NCBI GenBank assembly: GCA_947446925.1
Contig: CANFHU010000014.1
Location: 409-64,408, forward strand
Length of the DNA: 64,000 nt
Direction: 5' to 3'
DNA from: Flavobacteriia bacterium
Lineage (GTDB): Bacteria; Bacteroidota; Bacteroidia; Flavobacteriales_D; Crocinitomicaceae
Shown here piece after piece: positions 18,501-27,052 of the stretch (position 1 is its first letter; every line of letters begins with the position of its first letter). The notes under the pieces are model-generated. The model saw nothing but the letters and a program-made list of their open reading frames with translations, ran no database searches and had not been told where the DNA came from. A program made the position numbers and the translations under genes.

Positions 18501-19205
18501 TTAATTGGTGATTTCTGCAAGGTAATTGTCGTCTTTATCGTACAGTCTTACTGCTTTCAATCCAACATTTTTAGCGGCATTAAATAAAGAATCGAAATCC
18601 ACATATAACCAATCAAACCAAGGACCAGTTTCTTTTTTGTATTTCATTTGAAAACGGAAGTTTCCATAATATTCTTGGTTTAAGTTTACCCAAAGTGAAC
18701 CATCTTCATCTTCATACAAGTATTTGATGTCGGAAGAGTCACACAAGATTTTTCCACCAGGATTTAACAAGGATTTTGCGTGTTCCAATGTTTTCTCCAA
18801 GTTAGAGAGTGTCCCAGCGATACCGATACCATTCATTAGCATTAGGATAGTATCAAATTTTTCATCTTTCAAATCGAAAAAATCCACTTTTTTACTTTTC
18901 AATCCTTGCGTTTGCATGAAGGCCACTGCACCTTCCGAGATGTCAATAGCAGTCACATCTTTCCCCATATTTTGAAGGTAGTTTGCATGTGTACCAGCAC
19001 CAGCACCTACGTCGAGTATTTTTCCTGTTGCATTTTGCAAGGCTAATACTTCCAATTCAGGCATTTCGTCTTCGTTGCGAAAAAGCACTTCAATCGGAAT
19101 GATATCATCTTCACATATTTCGGAGCAAACGATAATATCGTCTGGTCGTTTGGATCTTGAAAAGTCTGTTATAGCTTTTCCAATTGGATCACCGTATTTT
19201 TCCAT
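18501..19205 (-). CDS. Class I SAM-dependent methyltransferase
   Basis: ILDVGAGAGTH motif I, followed by DISEGAV and LNPGG. Confidence 0.75.
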   Translation of the reverse strand: MEKYGDPIGKAITDFSRSKRPDDIIVCSEICEDDIIPIEVLFRNEDEMPELEVLALQNATGKILDVGAGAGTHANYLQNMGKDVTAIDISEGAVAFMQTQGLKSKKVDFFDLKDEKFDTILMLMNGIGIAGTLSNLEKTLEHAKSLLNPGGKILCDSSDIKYLYEDEDGSLWVNLNQEYYGNFRFQMKYKKETGPWFDWLYVDFDSLFNAAKNVGLKAVRLYDKDDNYLAEITN

Positions 19206-19211
19206 AATTAA

Positions 19212-19772
19212 TTAATATTCATCAAAGTTTGAGTAATCTTCGTCGGAGTATCCGTCTTCATAATCATCTAAACCAAATTCGTCTTCATCTTCTCCGAATT
19301 CTTCATCCTCAAAAAGCATATCGTCTTCGCCTTCTTCAATTCCTGTAGCTCTAGAATCTTCTGGTGGTGCCATACCAATTGCCAAAGCAACTTCTGGTGC
19401 GCCAATAGTTTCGTCTAAAACTTCCACCAATTCAATCAAGAAAATCCACATACGCATGAAATCGTACACCAAAATAATTTTTTGATCTTCAGCTTCGATG
19501 AAATCTTTAATGTTTGTTTCAGACATCACGGATGCTTTTTCCTCTAAGGATTCATCGCCGTAATTCAAGTCCATCAAACTAATTTCATGTCCTTTGTCCC
19601 AATTGTCATTCGACATATAGAACGATGCCATTTCTTGTCCCGTAAAGTTAAATGACTGGATGATTGCGTTGTACAAACTTTCGAAATTGTCGTTGTCGTT
19701 GATTAGGATGTCGCGAAAAATTTCACTTTCTTTTTCAGTATCGAGTAATACACGAAATTTATATGCACTCAT
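19212..19772 (-). CDS. Possible pRiA4b ORF-3-like domain protein with an acidic C-terminal tail
   Basis: N-terminal YKFRVLLDTEKESEIFRDILI resembles that family. The last ~40 residues are almost all D/E. Confidence 0.4.
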   Translation of the reverse strand: MSAYKFRVLLDTEKESEIFRDILINDNDNFESLYNAIIQSFNFTGQEMASFYMSNDNWDKGHEISLMDLNYGDESLEEKASVMSETNIKDFIEAEDQKIILVYDFMRMWIFLIELVEVLDETIGAPEVALAIGMAPPEDSRATGIEEGEDDMLFEDEEFGEDEDEFGLDDYEDGYSDEDYSNFDEY

Positions 19773-19829
19773 TTTTGTTTCTTTTTGTTCAAATTGGATT
19801 AATAGATAAAATTAGGAATTATTTTAGAC

Positions 19830-19992
19830 AAAAGTAGGATAGAAGAAAGATAAAAAGACATTAGATCAAAGACATTATAAGTCAGACATAAGATTGAAAG
19901 ATTGGATGTCGTTAAAAGTCTAAACATCTTTTTTCTTTTCATCTTTTATCTCAATTTCTTTTCTCTAATGTCTCTTGTCTAATGTCTAATTA
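19830..19992. repeat. Block of complementary word repeats (GACATTAG / CTAATGTC; A-rich / T-rich)
   Basis: GACATTAG at 19857 and GACATTA at 19871. CTAATGTC at 19965 and 19979. AGAAAGATAAAAAG pairs with CTTTTCATCTTTTATC. Confidence 0.65.
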
Positions 19993-19993
19993 A

Positions 19994-20001
19994 TATATTT
20001 G
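19994..20001 (+). promoter_or_regulatory. Candidate -7 box TATATTTG for glyA
   Basis: The TAnnTTTG match lies 28 nt upstream of the ATG at 20030. Confidence 0.45.
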
Positions 20002-20029
20002 TTTACTATTAACCACTGAATAGAATAGC

Positions 20030-21313
20030 ATGGAAAGAGATAAAGTAATATTTGATTTAATTCAAGAAGAGAAAAATAGACAATTACATGGAATTGAGTT
20101 GATTGCTTCTGAAAATTTTGTAAGCGAACAAGTCATGGAAGCGATGGGTTCTGTATTGACAAATAAATATGCGGAAGGACTTCCAGGAAAAAGATATTAT
20201 GGTGGTTGTGAAGTAGTGGATAAAGTAGAGCAATTAGCAATTGACCGTTTGTGTGAATTGTTTGGTGCTACTTGGGCGAATGTACAACCTCACTCAGGTG
20301 CGCAAGCAAATGCAGCTGTATTTTTAGCGTGTTTGAATCCTGGCGACAAAATTTTAGGTTTTGACTTATCGCATGGTGGTCACTTGACACATGGTTCGCC
20401 AGTTAACTTCTCTGGGAAATTGTACAAACCTTTTTTCTATGGTGTGAAAAAAGAGACTGGGTATGTTGATTACGAAATGTTGGAAGAAGTTGCGCGCCGT
20501 GAGAAACCAAAAATGATTATTTGTGGTGCTTCAGCGTATTCTAGAGATTGGGATTATGCGCGTATTCGCAAAGTAGCAGATGAAATAGGTGCAATTATTT
20601 TAGCAGACATTTCGCACCCAGCTGGGTTGATTGCAGCTGGATTATTAAGCGATCCATTGGCTTTTTGTCATATCGTTACAACTACAACGCATAAAACATT
20701 ACGTGGACCAAGAGGAGGTGTTATTATGATGCGTGAAAACATCGAAAATCCTTGGGGTATTAAGTGGAACAATGGAAACTTAAAAACATTAGGAGCATTG
20801 TTAGATGCAGCAGTTTTCCCAGGAATTCAAGGTGGACCATTAGAGCACGTGATTGCAGCAAAAGCTGTAGCGTTTGGAGAAGCATTGACACCAGAGTATA
20901 AAAAATACATGTTGCAAGTACAAAAAAATGCAGCAGTTATGGCGGAAGAATTGGTGAAGTTAGGATACAACATCGTTTCAGAAGGAACCGATAATCATAG
21001 TATGTTGATCGATTTACGTTCGAAAGGAGTAAACGGTAAAGACGCAGAAATCAACTTGGTAAAAGCAGATATTACGGTAAATAAAAACATGGTTCCGTTT
21101 GATACTGAATCTCCTTTTGTAACTTCTGGAATTCGTGTTGGGACACCAGCAATAACTTCCCGTGGATTGAAAGAAGCGGAAACGAAAGAAATCGTGAAAT
21201 TATTGGATGAGGTACTGACAAATATCGGTAACGAAGAGGTGTTAGCGAATGTTAGAACAAAAGTAAACGCGATGATGAAAGATTATCCTTTGTTTGTGAT
21301 TTGTCCGGAGTAA
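20030..21313 (+). CDS. glyA: Serine hydroxymethyltransferase
   Basis: [22 protein letters not shown] and [14 protein letters not shown] (the PLP lysine region). Confidence 0.95.
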   Translation: MERDKVIFDLIQEEKNRQLHGIELIASENFVSEQVMEAMGSVLTNKYAEGLPGKRYYGGCEVVDKVEQLAIDRLCELFGATWANVQPHSGAQANAAVFLACLNPGDKILGFDLSHGGHLTHGSPVNFSGKLYKPFFYGVKKETGYVDYEMLEEVARREKPKMIICGASAYSRDWDYARIRKVADEIGAIILADISHPAGLIAAGLLSDPLAFCHIVTTTTHKTLRGPRGGVIMMRENIENPWGIKWNNGNLKTLGALLDAAVFPGIQGGPLEHVIAAKAVAFGEALTPEYKKYMLQVQKNAAVMAEELVKLGYNIVSEGTDNHSMLIDLRSKGVNGKDAEINLVKADITVNKNMVPFDTESPFVTSGIRVGTPAITSRGLKEAETKEIVKLLDEVLTNIGNEEVLANVRTKVNAMMKDYPLFVICPE

Positions 21314-21348
21314 GATTTTAGAAAAAAGACGAAAAGATAAAAGAAGAA

Positions 21349-21383
21349 AGACCGATAGATGAGAATTTATCGGTCTTTTTTAT
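21349..21383 (+). terminator. Rho-independent terminator of glyA
   Basis: Stem AGACCGATA / TATCGGTCT followed by a T run. Confidence 0.75.
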
Positions 21384-21404
21384 GTTGAATTCAAAAAACA
21401 TAGA

Positions 21405-21914
21405 ATGATCCAATACCTAAAAGCTGATTCTTCTTTTTACGATGATAACGCCTTGTTTTGTCAGAAGGTGGAAGCTCATTTAGCGACATTAGATTTTACT
21501 GTAGAAGGTTTTTGTACGAGTTATGGGTATGAGTTAACCTTTACGAGTTCAATTCCTGAAGAAAAAGTGATTGTTCTCAAAATTACACATACAAGTAAAT
21601 CGGGAGGTCCAATTTACCATGAGATTTCGTATGAAAAAACATTACTCTCAGAATATCCGTGGATTAGAGCTGGTTCATCTGCATTTTTATCTCTTTTTAC
21701 CTTGCGACGATTTAAACAACAATTACCAAAGCGAGTTTACTTTTTTTCGCAGTCGCGGGTTGATGATATTATTGTTAAAGCAATCTCTATTTTTATAAAC
21801 AAGTATCCAAAAGCGCAATTTATAATACGAGATCAAAAATTCCGGGTTATCATCGACGAAGCCATTGAAAATCCAATTGATATCGTGTTAAGTTTGAGGA
21901 AAGATTTTTTGTAG
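21405..21914 (+). CDS. Hypothetical protein
   Basis: 169-aa ORF with an ATG start. No family recognised. Confidence 0.4.
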   Translation: MIQYLKADSSFYDDNALFCQKVEAHLATLDFTVEGFCTSYGYELTFTSSIPEEKVIVLKITHTSKSGGPIYHEISYEKTLLSEYPWIRAGSSAFLSLFTLRRFKQQLPKRVYFFSQSRVDDIIVKAISIFINKYPKAQFIIRDQKFRVIIDEAIENPIDIVLSLRKDFL

Positions 21915-21985
21915 TCAAGGAATCTAAAAACATAGTATTTCTACGCGATTTTTTGTTTTTATTTGCATTGACTTATTGGTTTTCA

Positions 21986-21993
21986 TAAATTTG
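21986..21993 (+). promoter_or_regulatory. Candidate -7 box TAAATTTG
   Basis: Lies 19 nt upstream of the ATG at 22012. Confidence 0.3.
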
Positions 21994-22011
21994 TATCATC
22001 AATTTAATCCA

Positions 22012-22170
22012 ATGGCAACACCAATTAAAATTACAAAGCCAATTAGTGGTAATCAATCCCGAATATTTAATGAGCAACTTGAGAAATCAAGTGTAAATCG
22101 TGTGCGACCTGAAAAGAAAGAGCAAATGCTTACATTGGTAGCTAAAATTTTGTCTAAAAATCTTAAATAA
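22012..22170 (+). CDS. Small hypothetical protein (52 aa)
   Basis: ATG start with a -7 box upstream. The product is basic and hydrophilic. No family recognised. Confidence 0.25.
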   Translation: MATPIKITKPISGNQSRIFNEQLEKSSVNRVRPEKKEQMLTLVAKILSKNLK

Positions 22171-22251
22171 GAGTTTGTGTTGCTTTCAGATTTTGAACTT
22201 CTGTCAGACAAACATATCACAACTTCTTTTGATTCTTTGGATTTAGATATT

Positions 22252-22833
22252 TTACAATTTCACATCAATCCCAAGTCGAAATTGAGCTGTAATAAAATCA
22301 TCGTTTTCAATTCCAAAATTTACAATGTGAAATTCATACGCTAATCGATGGTTTTTAGGATTTATACGTAGACCAGCCCCCAAAGTGAGTGTATGGTGTA
22401 TTTTAGAAAAAAAATCTGAATCATTATTTTTCGGTGCACTAAAAAAATATCCTCCAGTTCCTTCCAGACCTCTTGTATAATTAAATCCATAACCAACTTG
22501 CGTAGCAATAGAAAATGCTTTGTATTTGAGTAAATCTACACCTACTTTAAACCCTACTACCGTATTTCTGAAAAACACGTCTGGAACGTCTGTAATTCCT
22601 AAAGATGTATATTCTCCATTCAGTATATATGGATTGAATCTCAACTTGTTTTTCCAATAGGATTGTTGGTATCCTATTTCGTAATAAAATCCTGCCCCTG
22701 ATTGAATAGCTTCAACAAATCCAATACCTAAAGCAGTTGTTATCGATTTATTACTAAACTTAGTAAGCGAATCTTGTGCGTTCAGAGACATAAACACAAC
22801 GTTCATTAAAACTAAAAATAAGACTTTTTTCAT
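22252..22833 (-). CDS. Small outer-membrane beta-barrel (porin-family) protein
   Basis: Signal peptide MKKVLFLVLMNVVFMSLNAQ and alternating aromatic beta-strand pattern; 193 aa. Confidence 0.5.
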   Translation of the reverse strand: MKKVLFLVLMNVVFMSLNAQDSLTKFSNKSITTALGIGFVEAIQSGAGFYYEIGYQQSYWKNKLRFNPYILNGEYTSLGITDVPDVFFRNTVVGFKVGVDLLKYKAFSIATQVGYGFNYTRGLEGTGGYFFSAPKNNDSDFFSKIHHTLTLGAGLRINPKNHRLAYEFHIVNFGIENDDFITAQFRLGIDVKL

Positions 22834-22838
22834 TTTTT

Positions 22839-23978
22839 TTATTCTGTTATAAAATCCATATAATTCGATCTGTCAATAATCTCAAACGTAGCATCTGGAT
22901 AACCTTTCAACCATGCTTGGGGAGTTTTAGCTTTTCCTTGTATCGCCCATTTGAATTCGTAGGCTTTTAAAGCTCCGTCTTTTTCCTCGATCCAATCAAT
23001 TTCTTGTCGACTGTGTGTTCTCCAAAAATAATGACTCCCATAATCCATGGCGTACGCTTGTTTTTTTAAACGTTCATAGATGAGGTAGTTTTCCCAAAGT
23101 TGTCCTTGGTCTTCGCGTAACTCCAAACTGTTAAAGTTTGAAATTAATGCATTTCGTATACCATTGTCGTAGAAATACCATTTGGCTTTTTTGGTGATCT
23201 CGTTGTCTAAATTACGACTTAATCCACCAACACGGTGAATGATGAAAACTTTGGATAAATGGTCTAGGTATTTATCGACCGTGTTTTTACTAATGCCTAA
23301 TTCGTTTCCAATGCTTTCGACAGATATCTCACTTCCAATACGGTAGGCGATGATGCGCAATAGCGAAACGATTTTTTCACGTTTTTGGATTCCTTCGTAT
23401 GCTAAAACATCTTTCAGTAAATAGGAATTCACTTGTTCTTTTAAATACTGAATTTTTTCATTGTTTGTGGGTAAGAACTCTAATTCGGGGTAGGTTCCAA
23501 AGACCAAACGATTCGAAAGTTGTTGTGTTGTTTGCAAGTAATTTTCCTGGTTAGATAATTCACCTTGCGATAAAGGGTATAAATGAAAAGTCATTTTTCG
23601 ACCTACCAATGGTTCTCCGATTGATTCGTTCAAATCCAAAGCAGAGGAACCTGTAGCAATTATTTTGATGCCTTCAATAGTGTCGACCATCAGTTTAAGT
23701 TTAGCGCCAATGTTTGGTATTTCTTGCGCTTCATCAATCACTAAAAAACGTACATTTCCTAATAATTGTTCGTAATTTGCTTTGCTTTGAACTGCTAGTA
23801 AAGCATGTGTATCTTGGTCATCGCCATTTAAAAAAAGGGTAGGCTCATTGACTAATTCTATGATTCGTTGAATGAGTTTTGTCTTACCAACCCTTCTTGC
23901 ACCAAGTAACACAACTGCTTTGTTTGGTTTTAAGTAGTTGATAATCTGTTTTTCTACTGTTCGTTGTATGTATTCCAT
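22839..23978 (-). CDS. AAA-family ATPase with HTH and DUF4143 (PD-(D/E)xK-like) domain, divergent paralog of 4393-5547
   Basis: Walker A GARRVGKT and Walker B LVIDEAQ. HTH-like SIGNELGISKNTVDKYLDHL. C-terminal QEIDWI...AYEFKW matches D...ExK. Confidence 0.85.
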   Translation of the reverse strand: MEYIQRTVEKQIINYLKPNKAVVLLGARRVGKTKLIQRIIELVNEPTLFLNGDDQDTHALLAVQSKANYEQLLGNVRFLVIDEAQEIPNIGAKLKLMVDTIEGIKIIATGSSALDLNESIGEPLVGRKMTFHLYPLSQGELSNQENYLQTTQQLSNRLVFGTYPELEFLPTNNEKIQYLKEQVNSYLLKDVLAYEGIQKREKIVSLLRIIAYRIGSEISVESIGNELGISKNTVDKYLDHLSKVFIIHRVGGLSRNLDNEITKKAKWYFYDNGIRNALISNFNSLELREDQGQLWENYLIYERLKKQAYAMDYGSHYFWRTHSRQEIDWIEEKDGALKAYEFKWAIQGKAKTPQAWLKGYPDATFEIIDRSNYMDFITE

Positions 23979-23994
23979 AACCTCAATTATACTT

Positions 23995-24002
23995 CAAATA
24001 TA
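23995..24002 (-). promoter_or_regulatory. Candidate -7 box TATATTTG (minus strand) for the ATPase gene
   Basis: The reverse complement of CAAATATA lies 17 nt upstream of the start at 23978. Confidence 0.45.
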
Positions 24003-24033
24003 GCATCTATTTTTTGATTGTCACATTTAAAAT

Positions 24034-24107
24034 GACGGAAATAATATAAATTCCGTCAGTTGATTGACGGAAATGATATAAATTCCGTCAGTATGTTAAC
24101 GGAATTC
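24034..24107. repeat. Two 27-bp copies of a palindromic unit GACGGAAATRATATAAATTCCGTCAGT plus a half-site
   Basis: Copies at 24034-24060 and 24066-24092 are 26/27 identical. Each has GACGGAA / TTCCGTC inverted arms. A third partial copy, TAACGGAATTC, is at 24097-24107. Confidence 0.85.
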
Positions 24108-24202
24108 ATTTTTTTTAATCTTAATTAGGTTGTAATTATTTAATAGTATCTGTCTTTAATCTTTTTTCTTAAAATCTTTCTTCTAATTCAAATTATATCG
24201 TA

Positions 24203-24214
24203 ATATTGCAATAT
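24203..24214. promoter_or_regulatory. Perfect 12-bp palindrome ATATTGCAATAT, candidate ArsR operator
   Basis: Located 15 nt upstream of the arsR ATG. Confidence 0.4.
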
Positions 24215-24228
24215 AGATTTAAAGCGAT

Positions 24229-24555
24229 ATGGGAATTACAAAATCAGAACATTTTACGGATCACCAAAATGAATTAGCGAATGTGTTAAAAGCATTGGGT
24301 CATCCGGCTCGTGTTGCAATTGTGGAGTATTTGATTCAACACAAACAATGTATTTGTGGGGATATTGTGAATGAGTTACCATTATCGCAAGCAACCATCT
24401 CTCAGCATTTACGTGAATTGAAACAAGTAGGGGTAATTCAAGGAAACATTGAGGGGAATTCCATTTGCTATTGTTTGAATCCACAGGTGTTTGAACAAAT
24501 AACGCAATTCATGGGGATTGTCATAGAATCTGTAACGAAAAATAAGTGTTGTTAA
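24229..24555 (+). CDS. arsR: ArsR/SmtB family transcriptional regulator
   Basis: HPARVAIVEYL, CxC site in KQCICGDIV, and HTH LSQATISQHLRELK. The protein ends in ...KNKCC. Confidence 0.85.
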   Translation: MGITKSEHFTDHQNELANVLKALGHPARVAIVEYLIQHKQCICGDIVNELPLSQATISQHLRELKQVGVIQGNIEGNSICYCLNPQVFEQITQFMGIVIESVTKNKCC

Positions 24556-24735
24556 ATAGAAAAAAGACTAGAAGAAAAAAGACTAGAAGAAAAAAGACCG
24601 CTTCACTAAAAGAAAATTATTTAAATGACCGTGTATCTAAAATATTTTAAATTTATTATATTCAACACATTAGTCTTTATTCTTTTATCTTTTCGTCTTT
24701 TTTCTTCTCATCTTTATTCATAAATCTAAAAAAAA
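24556..24735. repeat. Intercistronic repeat element copy A (AAAAGAC-word arm, 87-nt core, GTCTTTT-word arm)
   Basis: The core 24592-24678 matches 25235-25321 at 75/87 positions (hand count, ungapped). The element ends AATCTAAAAAAAAA immediately before the ATG. Confidence 0.85.
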
Positions 24736-25212
24736 ATGAAATTATCAGAAGTTAAAAAAAGTTTAGAAAACGTACAAGAAGTTCGTTTCGTATTGCCGAA
24801 TGGTACATTTGTTCCGGTACATTTTCACGTAACAGAAGTTGGTGTAATTACAAAGAATTTCATCGATTGTGGAGGAACAGTACGCGAAGAAAAAGTGGTG
24901 AATTTCCAACTTTGGGAAGCAAATGATTTTGACCATCGCCTGGCACCGCAAAAGTTGAAAGACATCATCGAGTTATCAGAAAAAGTATTGAATCTGCAAG
25001 ATGGGGAAGTAGAAGTGGAGTATCAACAAGAAACGATTGGGAAATTCCATTTAGGTTTTGATGGCGTAAATTTCTTATTGGAAGCAACACAAACAAATTG
25101 TTTAGCACAAGATAAATGTGGTATTCCAGCGGACATCCTTCGAGAGCCTCAGGATACAAAAAATCAAGAAAAAATTCAAAATACGTGTACTCCTGGTGGA
25201 GGGTGTTGTTAA
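24736..25212 (+). CDS. DUF6428-like ars-operon protein
   Basis: MKLSEVKKSLENVQEVRFVLPNGTFVPVHFHVTEVG resembles DUF6428. The C-terminus is cysteine-rich: CTPGGGCC. Confidence 0.6.
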   Translation: MKLSEVKKSLENVQEVRFVLPNGTFVPVHFHVTEVGVITKNFIDCGGTVREEKVVNFQLWEANDFDHRLAPQKLKDIIELSEKVLNLQDGEVEVEYQQETIGKFHLGFDGVNFLLEATQTNCLAQDKCGIPADILREPQDTKNQEKIQNTCTPGGGCC

Positions 25213-25369
25213 TTGAGACAAAAGACTCGGAGACAAAAGACCGCTTCGCTTTAAGAAAATTATTTAAAAGACCGTATAACTATAATATTTTAAATTAAAT
25301 ATATTTAACACACCAGTCTTTGTTCTTTTGTCTTTCATCTTTTCGTCTTTTGTCTTTAATCTAAAAAAA
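25213..25369. repeat. Intercistronic repeat element copy B
   Basis: Same architecture and orientation as copy A. It ends AATCTAAAAAAAA immediately before the arsC ATG. Confidence 0.85.
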
Positions 25370-25981
25370 ATGAACACAAAAATTAAAAACCTTTGCGATC
25401 AACTTTCGCAACAATTTGAAAGTATCTCGAATGACAGAAAAGTTTTACTAGAGAAAATTTCTGGATACATTCAACAAAAAAAAGACGCGAAGTCACCAAT
25501 ACAATTGATTTATGTCTGTACGCATAATTCACGTCGTAGTCACTTTGGACAAATATGGGCGGCTGTTGCGGCAGAATATTTTGGTGTAAATGAAGTGAGT
25601 ACTTTTTCAGGAGGAACCGAAGCTACTGCATTTAATTCGCATGCAATTCAAGCATTACGAGGATTAGGTTTTGAAATTACCGAAATGGATACGACTTTAA
25701 ATCCAAAATATAGTGTCGATTTTGGAGGTCTGAAATCAAGTATTTGTTTTTCAAAGGTATATGATGATGTAAGTAATCCATCCTCTAATTTTGCTGCGAT
25801 TATGACCTGTGGAGACGCGGAGGAAAATTGTCCGTTTATTCCTGGAGTTGAACTACGTATCGGAACAACCTATGAGGATCCTAAGGTTTTTGATGGTACT
25901 GAAATTCAAAATGAAAAATACAAAGAACGAGCATTGCAAATTGGATTAGAAACCTTGTATGTATTCTCAAAAATTAACTAA
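25370..25981 (+). CDS. arsC: Arsenate reductase, LMW-PTPase (thioredoxin-coupled) type
   Basis: CTHNSRRS P-loop and downstream CGDA...C. The ATG at 25370 is preferred over the TTG at 25328, which lies in the repeat. Confidence 0.85.
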   Translation: MNTKIKNLCDQLSQQFESISNDRKVLLEKISGYIQQKKDAKSPIQLIYVCTHNSRRSHFGQIWAAVAAEYFGVNEVSTFSGGTEATAFNSHAIQALRGLGFEITEMDTTLNPKYSVDFGGLKSSICFSKVYDDVSNPSSNFAAIMTCGDAEENCPFIPGVELRIGTTYEDPKVFDGTEIQNEKYKERALQIGLETLYVFSKIN

Positions 25982-25990
25982 TTGATATAA

Positions 25991-27052
25991 ATGGAAAAAG
26001 TATATGATGTCCTGGTGATTGGTGGTGGTCAGAGTGGATTAACGTGTGGGTATTATTTACGAAGATTGAATTTTTCTTATCTCATATTAGATAAACAATC
26101 GGAAGGTGGTGGTGCTTGGAATCATGCTTGGGATAGTCTTACGCTTTTTTCGCCTGCGGAACATAGTTCTTTAGCAGGTTGGTTAATGCCTAAATCAAAT
26201 AATTTATTTCCAACAAAACAAGAGGTAATTGATTACTTACAGAAATACGAAGTACATTATAAGTTTCCTGTGCAACGAAATACAGAAGTAATTTCCATTA
26301 CGAAAGTAGCGGATTTGTTTCAGGTTAAAACTTCACAAGGAGATTATAAAGCCAAAGTGATTTTAAACGCAACTGGTACCTGGGAAAATCCATTGATTCC
26401 TGATGTGGAAGGAAGAAATGAATTTAGAGGAGAACAAATACATTCAGCAGACTACCAAAATGCTTCCGAATTTATCGGGAAAAAAGTTTTAGTTGTGGGT
26501 GAAGGAAATTCCGGCGCACAAATTCTCGCCGAAGTTTCAAAAGTTACCTTTGTGAAATGGGCAACTAAGAATCCTCCGTGTTTTTTACCTGACGATGTAG
26601 ATGGTTACTATCTGTTTAACCTGGCAACAGCAAAATATCACGCAGAGAAAAAAGGGGAGATATTTCAAGCTGAAAATTATAGTTTAGGAAATATTGTGAT
26701 GGTACCATCCGTAAAAGAAGCAAGAGAACGAAATGTTTTTATCTCCGAAGGAATGTTTGATAAATTGGATGCGCAAGGTGTGGTTTGGTCAAATGGGGTT
26801 AAAGAACCATTTGATGTTATCATTTGGTGTACTGGTTTTGGGTATGGAACAAGTTATTTAAGAAATTTAGTGAAATTAGACAATCGCGGAAAGGCATCAA
26901 CGATGGAAAGTAAATCAACCGAAATGGAAGGGCTTTGGTTTGTTGGATATGGTAATTGGACAGGATATGCATCTGCTACGTTGATCGGTATAAATAGAAA
27001 TGTTAAACAAGCAATTCAAGAAGTACAATCTTATTTAGAAGTAAATAAATAA
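25991..27052 (+). CDS. FAD/NAD(P)-dependent flavin monooxygenase-like oxidoreductase (ArsO-like)
   Basis: Two dinucleotide motifs, VIGGGQSG and VVGEGNSGAQI. The gene sits within the ars operon. Confidence 0.7.
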   Translation: MEKVYDVLVIGGGQSGLTCGYYLRRLNFSYLILDKQSEGGGAWNHAWDSLTLFSPAEHSSLAGWLMPKSNNLFPTKQEVIDYLQKYEVHYKFPVQRNTEVISITKVADLFQVKTSQGDYKAKVILNATGTWENPLIPDVEGRNEFRGEQIHSADYQNASEFIGKKVLVVGEGNSGAQILAEVSKVTFVKWATKNPPCFLPDDVDGYYLFNLATAKYHAEKKGEIFQAENYSLGNIVMVPSVKEARERNVFISEGMFDKLDAQGVVWSNGVKEPFDVIIWCTGFGYGTSYLRNLVKLDNRGKASTMESKSTEMEGLWFVGYGNWTGYASATLIGINRNVKQAIQEVQSYLEVNK

